Positions 37,500 through 50,797 of a stretch of 64,000 nucleotides of DNA are shown here, in pieces. The DNA is from Mobula hypostoma. Lineage: Eukaryota. The translations under genes and the position numbers were made by a program. Location: NCBI RefSeq assembly GCF_963921235.1, contig NC_086097.1:252900001-252964000 (forward strand). Direction: 5' to 3'. How positions within the stretch are numbered: the stretch's first letter is position 1; the number at the start of each line of letters is the position of its first letter. Under the pieces are notes generated by a model. That model did no database searches. It saw only the letters and a list, made by a program, of their open reading frames with translations, and was not told the origin of the DNA.

Positions 37500-38335
37500 A
37501 ATCAGAATCAGGTTTATTATCACCGGCATGTGTCATGAAATTTGTTAACAGCAGCAGTTCAATGCAATATGTAATGTAGAAGAAGAAAAAATAATAAATA
37601 AATTACAGTATACATATAATGAATAGTTAGAAAATCATGCAAAAACAGAAATCATATATGTTTAAAAAGTGAGGTACTGTTCAAAGCTTCAATGTCCATT
37701 TAGGAATCGGATGGCAGAGGGGAAGAAGCTGTTCCTGAATCGCTGAGTGTGTGCCTTCAGGCTTCTGTACCTCCTCCCTGATGGTAACAATGAGAAAAGG
37801 GCATTCCCTGGGTGCTGGAGGTCATTAATAATGGACGCTGCCTTTCTGAGACACCACTCGATGAAGATGTCCTGGGTACTTTGTAGGCTAGTGCCGAAGA
37901 TGGAGTTGATTAGATTTACAACCTTCTGCAGCTTCTTTTGGTCCTGTGCAGTAGCCCCTCCATACCAGACAGTGGTGCAGACTGTCAGAATGCTCCCCAC
38001 AGTACAACTATAGAAGTTTTTGAGTATATTTGTTGACATACCAAATCTCTTCAAACTCCTAATAAAGTATAGCTGCTGTCTTGCCTTCTTTATGACTACA
38101 TCGATATGTTGGGACCAGGTTAGATCCTCAGAGATCTTGACACCCAGGAACTTGAAGCTGCTCACTCTCTCCACTTCTGATCCCTCTATGAGGATTGGTA
38201 TGTGTTCCTTCATCTTACCCTTCCTGAAGTCCACAATCAGCTCTTTTGTCTTACTGACGTTGTGCAAGGTTGTTGCTGTGACACCACTCCACTAGTTGGT
38301 ATATCTCACTTCTGTACACCCTCTCGTCTTCATCT
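37500..38335 (-). mobile_element. Rex1/Babar-type LINE 3' part
   Basis: ORF 37689..38267: NVSKTKELIVDFRK..FKFLGVKISEDL..SFFPSAIRFLNGH. Confidence 0.88.
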
Positions 38336-39009
38336 CCCTGAGCTGGGCCAGTTTTGATCGTCAGCGAGGAGGAGATGTTATCGCTAATCTGCAGATTATT
38401 ATTTTTGAGAATAAATAATTATTTTTGAGAATGAGTTGTCAAGTTATTGAAAGTGAGCGTGTAGGTTGTGGAATCAGTTTAGTGTGGAGCTGAGTGACGT
38501 TATCCACACTGGTTCAGGGGGCTGGTGATTGAGGGGTAATAACTGTTCCTGAACCGGGAGTGGGAGGAGAGCATGAGCTGGGTGGTGTGGGTGTGGGTCT
38601 CTGATGATGGATGTTGATTCCTTGAGGCAGTACTCCGTGTAGGTCTCTGTGCTGTAATGCTCTACATATGATTCTATGACTGTCCGTGTTCCGGAGGGAG
38701 GGAGGGACGGGGTTTGTTTTGCTGTTGTTGTTTTGTTGCTTGTTGTGTTTTGTGTTCTGCTGAGCGTTGCGGGAATGATATGGTGGCACCGGAAAGCGTG
38801 ATGACACTTGTGGGCTGCCCCCTGCACATCCTCCTGTTGGTTGTGAAAGCATTTCAATGTATGTTTCAAAGTACATGTGATAAACAAATTAATCTGCATC
38901 TGAATCTAGCTTGTACACAACTGAGCTGCTTGTACAGCATTTGACACAAACCGGACACCATGTTGACCCATAGTTAGCCAATTCCATTAGTAATCAAATG
39001 GCCAACCAA

Positions 39010-39355
39010 ACTAATAACTTCTGCCTGCACAATGTCCATGTCTTTCCCTTTTCCTCACACCCAAGTGCCTATCTAACAATCTCTTGAAAGTCCCTAATGT
39101 ATCTGCCTCGACCACCAGCTCAGACAGCGTATTCCAGGCACCCTCCACTCTCCGTGTAAAAGACTTGCCCTTCACATCTCTTTTAAAATTACCCCCTCTC
39201 ATCTTAAACGGATGCCCTCTGGTATTAGACATTTCAACCCTAGGAAAAAGATACTGTCCATCTACTCTATCTATATCTGTCATAATTTCATAAAACTCTA
39301 TCAGATCTACCATCAGCCTCCTGCCTTCAGAGGAACAACCCAAGTTTGTCAGAGC
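39010..39355 (-). mobile_element. CR1 3' fragment
   Basis: DLIEFYEIM..TRGHPFK..FTRRVEGAWNTL. Confidence 0.8.
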
Positions 39356-39626
39356 ATGTTGCTCCTTATTACAGACACAGCACTAATGCTCACAGAGACA
39401 ATTCCATCAAATTAAATGTTCACTGATTGCTAGCCCTCCCCACCAATTCCCCTCCCATTCTCATGTTCTCTACCTACTAAGACATGAAGCACTTGGAGTC
39501 ATAGAGGACTACAGCAGAGAAACAGGCCATTCAGCCCACTTAGCTGGTACCAAACTATTATTCAGCCCAGTCCCATTGACCTGCATTGGGACCAAAGCCC
39601 CTATGTAAGACCATAAGACTGTAAGA

Positions 39627-39740
39627 CACAAAATAATCTGCAGATGCTGGGGTCAAAGCAACACTCACGACACGCTGGAGGAACTCAGCAGGTCGGGCAG
39701 CATCCGTGGAAAAGATCGGTCAACGTTTCGGGCCGGAACC
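39627..39740 (-). mobile_element. Short Penelope pLTR insert with half a hammerhead motif
   Basis: TSD actgtaaga (39618..39626, 39741..39749); minus strand starts ggttccggcccGAAACGTTgacc. Confidence 0.75.
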
Positions 39741-39749
39741 ACTGTAAGA

Positions 39750-42500
39750 TATAGGAGCAGAATTAGGACATTTGGCCCATCGAGCCTGCTCCACCTTTTC
39801 ATCATGGCTGATCCAATTTTCCTCTCAGCCTCAGTCTCCTGCCCTCTCCATGTATCCCTTCATGCCTTGACAAATCAAAAATCTTTCAACCTCTGCCTTA
39901 AATAAACATAAAGACTTGGCTTCCACAGCTGCCTGTGGCAAAGTATTCCACAGATTCACCACTCTCCAGCTAAATTCTTCCTCATCTCTGTTCCAAAAGA
40001 ATGACTTTGTGGCAAAGCTTGCGGATGATACAAAGATAGGTGGAGGGGGAGGTAGTGTGGAGGAAGCAATGAGATTGCAGCAGGGTTTAGACAAATTGGA
40101 AGAATGGCCAAAGAAGTGGCAGATGGAATACTGTGCTGGGAAATGTATGATAATGCATTCCTGTGAAAGAAACTATTATCTAAATGAGGACAAGATTCAA
40201 ACATCAGAGGTGCAGAGGGACTTGGGAGTCCTCATGCAAGACACCCAGATGTTAATTTACAGGTTGAGTCTGTGGTAAAGAAGGCAAATGCAGTGTTGGC
40301 ATTTTTTTCAAGCAGAATAGAATATAAAAGAATGGAGATAATGCTGAGGCTTTATAAGACACCAGTTAGGCCGTACTTGGAGTATTGTCAACAGTTTTGG
40401 GCCCCATATCTCAGAAAGGATGTGTTGTCATTAGAGAGAGCCCAAAGGAGGTTCACGAGGATGATTCTGGGAATGAAGGCAGCTTTGGGCCTGACCTCAC
40501 TGGAATTTAGAATAATGCGGAGGGATCTCATTGAACCTACTGAATGTTGAAAGGAATAGACGGGGTGAATCTGGAGATGATGTTTCCTATGGTGGGGGCA
40601 TCCAGAACTAGAGGGTGCAGCTCTCTAATCAATTACGGTTCACTGCACAGCACCCAGTCCAGAATAGCTGATCCCCCAGTGGACTCCACCGCAAGTTGCT
40701 CTAAAACACCATCTCGTATATACTCTCAAATTTTCCCCTTTTGGAATCCAGCACCAACCTGATTTTCCCAATCTACCTCCATATTGAACTCCCCCATGGC
40801 CAGTGTAACATTGTTCTTTTGGCATGTGTTTTCTCTCTCCCTTTGTAGTTTGTAGACCACGTCCTTATTTCTGTTTGGGGGTCTGTATACAACTCCATCA
40901 AAGTCTTTTTACTTTTGCAGTTAATCAGCTCTATCCACAACGATTCAACACCTTCCACCTCTTTGTCACTTCTTTCTCATGATTTGATTTCATTTTTTAC
41001 CAACAGAGTAATGCTGTCTCTCTGCCTTCCTGAGTAGCCTTTGTGATACAGTGAGTATCCTTACACTTTAAGCTCCCAGCTATAATCTTTTAGCCATGAT
41101 TCAGTGATGCCTAAAATATTATACCTGCCAATCTGCAACTCAGCTGCAAGTTCATCTACCTTATTTTGTATTCTGCGCATATTCAAATACAACACCTTCA
41201 GTCCTTTCGATTTTGTCTCACTATGCTCAACCTTTTGATTCCTAACTTTGTCTGATTCTTACCAACATCTGTCTCCACAACCTCTCCACTAACTGTTCTG
41301 GCCCTCTGGTTCCCATCTCCCTGTAACTCTAGTTTAAATCCCACCGGGCAGCATTAACAAACCTTCCCACTAGGATATTAGTCCTCCTCCAGTTCAGGTA
41401 CAAACCTTCCCCTCTGTACAGATCCCACCTTCCTTAGAAGAGACCCCAGTGATCCAAAAATCTTACGGGCTTCCTCCCACACCAACTCATTAGCCACATG
41501 TCAAACTGTATAATCTGTTTGGATTGACGGGAGGTCCCTGGGTGCTTTTAGCAGAGTTTCAACACGTGCAGCAGGGAAGAGGGAAAAGCTCTCAGAACAA
41601 GAGGACATGAGTTGAGAGTTAAAGGGCAAAAGTTTAGGGGTAACATGAGGGGGAACTTCTTTACTCAGAGAGTGGTAGCTGTGTGGAACGAGCTTCCAGC
41701 AGAAGTGGTTGAGGCAGGTTTGATGTTGTCGTTTAAAGTTAAATTGGATAGATATATGGACAGGAAAGGAATGGAGGGTTATGGGCTGAGTGCAGGTCGG
41801 TGGGACTAGGTGAGAGTAAGAGTTTGGCTCAGACTAGAAAGGCCGAGATGGCCTGTTTCCATGCTGTAATTGTTATATGGTTATATGGTTATAATCTTCA
41901 TAATTCGAGCCTCACTAGCACATGGCATGTGTAGCAATCCTGAGATCACAACCCTGGAGGTCCTGCCCTTTAATTTAGCACCTGATTCCCTGAACTCCCT
42001 CTGCAGAACCTTGTCACTGGTCCTACCCATGTCATTGGTACCTACATGGACGATGACTTCTGGCTGTTCACCCTCCCACTGAAGAATGCTGAGGACTCGG
42101 TCTGAGATATACCGGACCCTGGAACCCTGGAGGACAACATACCATTGTTCTTCCCCACAGAACCTGCTGTCCATTCCCCTAACTAACGAATCCCCTATCA
42201 CCACAGTGTGCCTCTTCTTCCTCCTTCCCACAGAGGCAGACTCAGTGCCAGAGATCTGACCGCTGTGACTTTCCTCTGTTAGGTCATTCCCCTGACAGTA
42301 TCCAAACCTGTTGTTGAGGGGGATGGCCACAGGGGTACTCTGCACTCACTCCTTAACCGCTTTCCTCTTCCGGTCTGTCACCCAGTCTCCTGTGTCCTGC
42401 ACCTTGGGTGTAACTACCTCTCTGTATGCCCTGTATATCAGCCCCTCAGCCTCCTGAATGATCTGGAGTTCAATCAGTTCCAGCTCCAACTCCATAACCC
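39750..42500 (-). mobile_element. Rearranged CR1: ORF1 esterase and endonuclease start on -, inverted RT segment (~40000..40620, +), 3' end on -
   Basis: VVIGDSLVRG..VIVHVGTNDMG (41881..42345); VESLWIEL (40773..40958); + strand LADDTKIGG..LYKTPVRPYLEYC. Confidence 0.8.
41590..41895 (+). mobile_element. CR1 3' fragment
   Basis: Very similar to 56865..57160. Confidence 0.9.
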
Positions 42501-42609
42501 ACACCAGTACTTCTATATTATCACAGTGCTGGCCAAATTTGACACCTTGGCCCATAATCATTTACTTCTGGAGACACACAAGACTGCAGATGCTGGAATT
42601 TAAATACTA

Positions 42610-42790
42610 AAGACTAGCTTTATTTGTCACACGTACATCGAAGCATACAGTGAAACTCCTTGTCAGTGTCAATGCCCAGCACAATTCGAGTGTGTGCTGA
42701 GAGCGACCCGCAAGTGTCGCCAGGCTCCCTGAGTCACATCGCAGGCCCAGAACTTACTATCCCCAACCCGTACATCTTTGGTCCGTGGGA
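42610..42790 (-). mobile_element. SINE-like element 3' module
   Basis: cacttg(c/t)ggg..catttca(c/a)tgtatgtttc..gtacatgtga..aat module also seen at ~21880..21965, ~32390..32455 and ~38690..38905. Confidence 0.5.
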
Positions 42791-43512
42791 GGAGGTAGGA
42801 GAGGTCCCTAAAAAGTACTGAACTTCAGTATTAAGCAGTGAGATGTACCTTAATGATCGCAAGGACAGCATAAAACAGGTTGATACACTTGAACATGTCG
42901 ACGCTAAGAAAACGGATGAGCTAGAACTTTTGAAAAAACACTCCAGGGGCCAGGTGGGATACAACCCAGTTTACTATGGGAAGTGAGGGAAGACAATGGT
43001 GCACCTCTTGGCGATGATATTTGCTGCTTCACTAGCCTCAGGAGTAGTTCCAGATGATTGGCGGATGGCAAATGTTGTTCTTGTGTTCAAGAAAGAAAGT
43101 AAGGATACTCTTGGGAATTATAGACCAGTGAGTCTACTTTCAGTGGAGGGCAAATTATTGCCGAGGATTCTTAAAGTGTTTACAGGATTTAAGGATTTAG
43201 AACATTCTTACAGGATTTATGAGCATTTGGAGAAGCACAGACTGATTAGGGATAGTCAGCATGGCCTTGTGAGCAGCAGTTTGTGCCTCTGTAGGCTGAT
43301 GTGACAAAGCACATTGATAAAAGTAGAGCAGAGGATGTGGTGTATGCGGATTGTAGAATTTCAGTTCTGATGAAGGGTCTCGGTTGAAACGTCGACCGTT
43401 TACTCTGTTCCATAGATGCTGCCTAGCCTGTTGAGCTCTTCCAGCATTCTGTGTGTGTTTCTCTGGATTTTAGTAAGACATTTGACAAGATTTCCCATGG
43501 TAGGCTCATTCA
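42790..43512 (+). mobile_element. CR1 RT fragment
   Basis: VPDDWRMANVVLVFKK..GNYRPVSL..IRDSQHG. Confidence 0.85.
43353..43464 (+). mobile_element. Short Penelope pLTR insert carrying a hammerhead motif
   Basis: agtt CTGATGA agggtctcggtt GAAAC GTC gacc at 43363..43397; TSD ggatt. Confidence 0.7.
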
Positions 43513-43546
43513 AAGTTCAAAGTTCAAAGTATATTCATTGTCAAGT

Positions 43547-43700
43547 ACAGTTGATTCTGGTTAATTAGGACACGTCAGGACTAGTAGATTTTGGTCCAAT
43601 TAAGCAGCTGCCCCAATTAGCTGAAATTTCATGGAAATAGTTAAAAAGGTATAAAAAAAGACAAACTTCTGTTTAACTGAGTAACAAATTAAGTATTTAA
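43547..43700 (+). mobile_element. Possible pogo/Tigger-like DNA transposon end
   Basis: TA|CAGTTGATTCTGGTTAATTAGGACA start; partner TIR not found. Confidence 0.3.
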
Positions 43701-44316
43701 ACCATGAGACCATAAGATATAGGAGCAGAATTAGGCCATTCGGCCCATCGAGTCTGCTCTGCCATTCAATCATGGGCTGATCCAATTCTTCCAGTCATCC
43801 CCACTCCCCTACCTTCTCCCCATACCCTTTGATGCCCTGGCTAATCAAGAATCTATCTATCTCTGCCTTAAATGCACCCAATGACTTGGCCTCCACAGCC
43901 ACTCATGGGAACAAATTCCACAGATTTACTACCCTCTGACTAAAGTAATTTCTCCGCATCTCAGTTCTAAATGGACATCCTTTAATCCTGAAGTCATGCC
44001 GTCTTGTCCTAGAATCCCCTACCATAGGAAATAACTTTGCCATATCTAATTTGTTCAGGCCTTTTAACATTCAGAATGTTTCTATGAAATCCCCCCTCAT
44101 TCTCCTGAACTCCAGGGAAAACAGCCCAAGAGCTGCCAGACATTCCCTATACAATAACCCTTTCATTCCTGGAATCATTCTCGTGAATCTTCTCTGAACC
44201 CTCTCCAATGTCAGTATATCCTTTCTAAAATAAGGAGCCCAAAACTGCACACAATACTCTAAACGTGGCCTCACAAGAGCCTTATAGAGTCTCAACATCA
44301 CAGCCCTGCTCTTATA

Positions 44317-46572
44317 GAAACATAGAAACATAGAAAATAGGTGCAGGAGTAGGCCATTCGGCCCTTCGAGCCTGCACCGCCATTTATTATGATCATGGCT
44401 GATCATCCAACTCAGAACCCAGCCTTCCCTCCATACCCCCTGACCCCTGTAGCCACAAGGGCCATATCTAACTTCCTTTTAAACATAGCTAATGAACTGG
44501 CCTCAACAGTTTGCTGTGGCAGAGAATTCCACAGATTCACCACTCTCTGTGTGAAGAAGTTTTTCCTAATCTCGGTCCTAAAAGGCTTCCCCTCTATCCT
44601 CAAACTGTGACCCCTCGTTCTGGACCTCCCCAACATCGGGAACAATCTTCCCGCATCTAGCCTGTCCAATCCCTTTAGGATCTTATACGTTTCAATCAGA
44701 TCCCCCCTTAATCTTCTAAATTCCAACGAGTACAAGCCCAGTTCATCCAGTCTTTCTTCATATGAAAGACCTGCCATCCCAGGAATCAATCTGGTGAACC
44801 TTCTTTGTACTCCCTCTATGGCAAAGATGTCTTTCCTCAGATTAGGGGACCAAAACTGCACACAATACTCCAGGTGTGGTCTCACCAAGGCCTTGTACAA
44901 CTGCAGTAGTACCTCCCTGCTCCTGTACTCGAATCCTCTCGCAATAAATGCCAGCATACCGTTCGCCTTTTTCACCGCCTGCTGTACCTGCATGCCCACT
45001 TTCAATGACTGGTGTATAATGACACCCAGGTCTCGTTGCACCTCCCCTTTTCCTAATCGGCCACCATTCAGATAATAATCTGTTTTCCTATTTTTGCCAC
45101 CAAAGTGGATAACTTCACATTTATCCACATTAAATTGCATCTGCCATGAGTTTGCCCACTCACCCAACCTATCCAAGTCACCCAGCATCCTCTTAGCATC
45201 CTCCTCACTGCTAACACTGCCACCCAGCTTTGTGTCATCCGCAAACTTGGAGATGCTGCATTTAATTCCCTCATCCAAGTCATTAATATATATTGTAAAC
45301 AACTGGGGTCCCAGCACTGAGCCTTGCGGTACCCCACTAGTCACCGCCTGCCATTCTGAAAAGGTCCCGTTTATTCCCACTCTTTGCTTCCTGTCTGCTA
45401 ACCAATTCTCCACCCACACCAATACCTTACCCCCAATACCGTGTGCTTTAAGTTTGCACACTAATCTCCTGTGTGGGACCTTGTCAAAAGCCTTTTGAAA
45501 ATCCAAATATACCACATCCACTGGTTCTCCCCTATCCACTCTACTAGTTACATCCTCAAAAAATTCTATGAGATTCGTCAGACATGATTTTCCTTTCACA
45601 AATCCATGCTGACTTTGTCCGATCATTTCACCGCTTTCCAAATGTGCTGTTATCACATCTTTGATAACTGACTCCAGCAGTTTCCCCACCACCGACGTTA
45701 GGCTAACCGGCCTATAATTCCCCGGTTTCTCTCTCCCTCCTTTTTTAAAAAGTGGGGTTACATTAGCCACCCTCCAATCCTCAGGAACTAGTCCAGAATC
45801 TAACGAGTTTTGAAAAATTATCACTAATGCGTCCACTATTTCTTGGGCCACTTCCTTAAGCACTCTGGGATGCAGACCATCTGGCCCTGGGGATTTATCT
45901 GCCTTCAATCCCTTCAATTTACCTAACACCACTTCCCTACTAACATGTATTTCGCTCAGTTCCTCCATCTCACTGGACCCTCTGTCCCTTACTATTTCTG
46001 GAAGATTATTTATGTCCTCCTTAGTGAAGACAGAACCAAAGTAATTATTCAATTGGTCTGCCATGTCCTTGCTCCCCATAATCAATTCACCTGTTTCTGT
46101 TTGCAGGGGACCTACATTTGTCTTTATCAGTCTTTTCCTTTTTACATATCTATAAAAGCTTTTACAGTCCGTTTTTATGGTCTCTGCCAGTTTTCTCTCA
46201 TAATCTTTTTTCCCCTTCCTAATTAAGCCCTTTGTCCTCCTCTGCTGAACTCTGAATTTCTCCCAGTCCTCAGGTGAGCCACTTTCTCTGGCTAATTTGT
46301 ATGCTACTTCTTTGGAATTGATACTATCCCTAATTTCTCTTGTCAGCCACGGGTGCACTACCTTCCTTGATTTATTCTTTTGCCAAACTGGGATGAACAA
46401 TTGTTGTAGTTCATCCATGCAACCTTTAAATGCCTGCCATTGCATATCCACCGTCAATCCTTGAAGTGTCATTTGCCAGTCTATCTTAGCTAATTCACGT
46501 CTCATACCTTCAAAGTTACCCCTCTTTAAGTTCAGAACCTTTGTTTCTGAATTAACTACGTCACTCTCCATG
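44317..46572 (-). mobile_element. Young 5'-truncated CR1 with an uninterrupted RT reading frame (~720 codons)
   Basis: No stops from ESDVVNSETKVLN to GYGGKAGF; GNYRPVSL, DFQKAFDKVPH, GVPQGSVLGP, FADDTK; (GTTTCTAT)n tail; ttata at both flanks. Confidence 0.95.
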
Positions 46573-49451
46573 TTATATTCTATTCCTCTGGAAATGAATG
46601 ACAACATTGCAATCACCTTATTCACCACCATCTCAACCCGGAGGTTAAACTTTAGGGTATCCTGCACAAGGATTTCCAAGTCCCTTTGCATCTCTGCATT
46701 TTGAATTATCTCTCCATCTAAATAATAGTCTGCCCGTTTATTTCTTCCACCAAAGTGCATGACGATACACTTTCCAAAATTGTATTTCATTTGCCACTTC
46801 TTTGCCCATTCCCCTAAACTATCGAATTCTCTCTGCGGGCTCTCTGTTTCCTCAGCACTACCCACTCCTCCACCTATCTTTGTATCATCGGCAAATTTAG
46901 CCACAAATCCATTAATACCGTTGTCCAAATCATTGACATACATCGTAAAAAGCAGCTGTCCCAACACCGACCCATGTGGAACTCCACTGCTAACCGGCAA
47001 CCAGCCAGAATAGGATCCCTTTATTCCCACTCTCTGCTTTGTGCCAATCAGCCAATGCTCCACCCATGCTAGAATCTCCCCTGTAATTCCATGGGCTCTT
47101 ATCTTGCTAAACATCCTCATGTGTGGCACATTGTCAAAGGCCTTCTGAAAATTCAAGTACACCACGTCTACTTCATCTCCTTTGTCTACCCTGCTTCTAA
47201 TTTCCTCAAAAATTTGCAGTAGGTTAGTCAGGCAGGATTTCCCTTTCAGGAAACCATGCTGGCTTTGGCCTATCTTGTCATGTGCTCCAGGTATTCCATA
47301 ATCTTATCCCTAACAATCGATTCCAACAACTTCCCAACCACTGATGTCAGGCTTACAGGTCTGTAGTTTCCTTCTGCCTCCTCCCACCCTCCTTAAATAG
47401 TGGAGTAACACTTGCAATTTTCCACTCATCTGGTACAATGCCAGAATCTATCAATTCTTGAAAGATCACTGCTAATACCTTCGCAATCTCTCCAGCTATT
47501 TCCTTCAGAACCCGAGGGTGCATTCCATCAGGTCCAGGAGACTTATCCAACCTCAGACCATTAAGCTTCCCGAGCACCTTCTCAGTCGTAATTTTCATTG
47601 CACATACTTCACTTCCCTGACACTCTTGAATTCCATCTGTACCTTCTTAACTTTCCACTAATTGTTGCTCTATAATTTGCCTTCTCTTTGGCTTTTATGT
47701 TGGCTTTGACTTTTCTTGTTCTTTTCTTTCTTTTCAAATCTTTTTATTATTATTATATTATTCAAAAATAACACGAGTGCAACACTTACAATGTCTCAAG
47801 GAAAAAAAAACATTATTTTAAAGATTGAAAAATTTTGGTGATAATAAAAAAAAACCCTACTAAGCAGAAAAAGTGGGGGAAGAAAACCCCATTAGGTGTT
47901 CAACCCCGGAGCCATGCGTCACACAAAAAGCTTCTAAAAATAAACATCAAACCGCCAGCAAGAAAAAAAATATACCAAAAATTTACAATTAGATCATGGA
48001 GAAAATCTATCAATTAACTCAAATGATAATAACGAGCAAATGAACCCCATCTTTTCTCAAAATCAAATAAAGGTTCAAAGGTTCGATCTGTAATTTTCTC
48101 CACACTAAGACATAGAGAACCATTGTAACAAAATGGGAGCCAACGTATCCTTCCACTTCAGCAAAATGGCCCTCCTAGCTATCAATGTAACAAATGCAAT
48201 AACATGTTGGTCAGACACAGAAATACCATAAATATTTTGAGGAATTATTCCAAAAAGCACAATTAATTTGTTAGGTTGTAAATTCATTTTAAGTGCTTTA
48301 GAAATTGTCAAAAAAACTAACTTCCAGTACTGTTCTAGTATAGAACAAGACCAAAACATATGTGTCAATATAGTTGTCTCAGTTTTACATCTATCACAAT
48401 AACTATCAACATTAGGAAGTATTTTAGACAGTCTCTCCTTCATCAAATGGTAATGATGTACAATTTTAAATTGAATCAGTGAATGACTAGCACAGATCAA
48501 AAAAGTTAACAAGCTTCAGAATCCGCGTCCAATCCTCTGTCATAAAAGTCAAGTTAAGTTCCTTTTCCCAATCTTGTTTAATCTTAAATAAAGGACACTT
48601 ATCCCATTGTAATAGTAAATTATAAATTCTTCCAATAGAACCCTTCGTTGAAGGGTTCATACTCATAATAGTATCTAACAGGTCAGCCCCCAATATGCAA
48701 GGAAAATTACTTAAATAAGTAAGAAATTATTGTAAAAAGTGTGAGTAGGAAAGAGAATATTTATCAACTAATTGTTCAAAAGACATCAGTCTATCTTCTT
48801 TAAATAAATTCAAAAAAAGAATTAATACCTTTATTTTTCCAAAGTAAAAAAATTGGATCACTCAAAGAAGGCTTAAAGAAGTAATTTTGATAAATTAAAC
48901 TACCATGTTAAAATTTTTTAAGATTAAAAAAATTGTGGAACTGGAGCCAAATTTGTAAAGGATACTTAATCACAGGGTATAGGTTTAAATTAGCAACTTT
49001 AGCTAATTGTATAGGTAAAGCAACTCCTAATAACGAGGTTAAATAAAACTTTTTACAGCTTTCTATTCCAGGTCTACCCAAATTGGCCGATTGTTCTTAT
49101 CAATGCAATATAACCAAAAGGACATGTATCGCATAATAACAGCCCAGTAGTACATTCTTAAATTAGGCAAAGCGAGACCTCTATCCTTTTTCAACTTTTG
49201 TAAGTGACATTTACTAATTCTTGGTCTTTTATTATTCCAAATAAAAGATAAAATAATAGAATCAATCCGATCAAAAGACTTCTTAGTCAAAAAAACAGGG
49301 ATATTCTGAAATAAATATCAAAATTTTGGTAAAATGATCATTTCAACTATATGGATACGACCGACAAGTGAAAATGTAAGTGGACTCCATCTGCTAAATA
49401 AATACTTCATAGAGTCTACCAAGGGAACAAAATTGGCTTTATAAAGATCCT

Positions 49452-50797
49452 AAACATGAGGAATTCTGCAGATGCTGGAAATTCAAGCAACACACATCAA
49501 ATTTGCTGGTGAATACAGCAGGCCAGGCAGCATCTCTAGGAAGAGGTACAGTTGACGTTTCGGGCCGAGACCCTTTGTCAGGACTAACTGAAGGAAGAGC
49601 TAGTAAGAGATTTGAAAGTGGGAGGGGGAGGGGGAGATCCAAAATGATAGGAGAAGACAGGAGGGGGAGGGATGGAGCTAAGAGCTGGACAGGTGATTGG
49701 CAAAAGGGATATGAGAGGATCATGGGACAGGAGGCCCAGGGAGAAGGAAAAGGGGGAGAGGGGGGAAAAAACCCAGAGGGTGGGCAAGGGGTATAGTCAG
49801 AGGGACAGAGGGAGAAAAAGTAGAGTGAGAGAAAGAATGTGTGTATATAAGTAACAGATGGGGTATGATGGGGAGGTGGGGCATTAGGGGAAGTTAGAGA
49901 AGTCAATGTTCATGCCATCAGGTTGGAGGCTACCCAGACGGAATATAAGGTGTTGTTCCTCCAACCTGACTCTATACTGTGTCCGGTGCTCCCGGTGTGG
50001 CCTTCTATATATTGACAAGACCCGATGCAGACTGGGAGATTCAGGGCCCCAGACAGTCCTTCCAGGTGAGGCGACACTTCACCTGTGAGTCGGCTGGGGT
50101 GATACACTGCGTCCGGTGCTCCCGATGTGGCCTTCTATATATTGGTGAGACCCGACGCAGACTGGGAGATCGTTTCACTGAACACCTACCCTCTGTCCAC
50201 CAGAGAAAGCAGGATCTCCTAGTGGCCACACGTTTTAATTCCACATCCCATTCCCATTCTGACATGTCTATCCACGACCTCCTCTACTGTAAAGATGAAG
50301 CCACACTCAGGTTGGAGGAACAACACCTTATATTCCGTCTGGGTAGCCTCCAACCTGATGGCATGAACATTGACTTCTCTAACTTCCGCCAATGCCCCAC
50401 CTCCCCCTCGTATCCCATCCGTTATTTATTTATATACACACATTCTTTCTCTTTCTCTCCTTTTTCTCCCTCTATCCCTCTGACTATACCCCTTGCCCAT
50501 CCTCTGAGTTTTTTCCCCCTCTCCCCCTTTTCCTTCTCCCTGGGCCCCCTGTCCCATGATCCTCTCATATCCCCTTTGCCAATCACCTGTCCAGCTCTTG
50601 GCTCCATCCCTCCCCCTCCTGTCTTCTCCTATCATTTTGGATCTCCCCCTCCCCCTCCCACTTTCAAATCTCTTACTAGCTCTTCCTTCAGTTAGTCCTG
50701 ATGAAGGGTCTCGGCCCGAAACGTCGACTGTACCTCTTCCTATAGATGCTGCCTGGCCTGCTGCGTCCACCAGAAAATTGGATGTGTGTTGCTTTTG
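49452..50797. mobile_element. Penelope-like insertion with inverted arrangement
   Basis: GIY-YIG ORF 49979..50695 on +; 49452..49965 is the reverse complement of the 3' part; TSD core taaagatcct (49442..49451, 50798..50807). Confidence 0.9.
50694..50729 (+). ncRNA. Minimal type I hammerhead ribozyme motif
   Basis: agtc CTGATGA agggtctcggccc GAAAC GTC gact. Confidence 0.75.

Noticed and set aside
44412..47165. Intact autonomous LINE ORF2 or host gene
   Set aside because: No endonuclease; it is a chimera of two CR1 copies.
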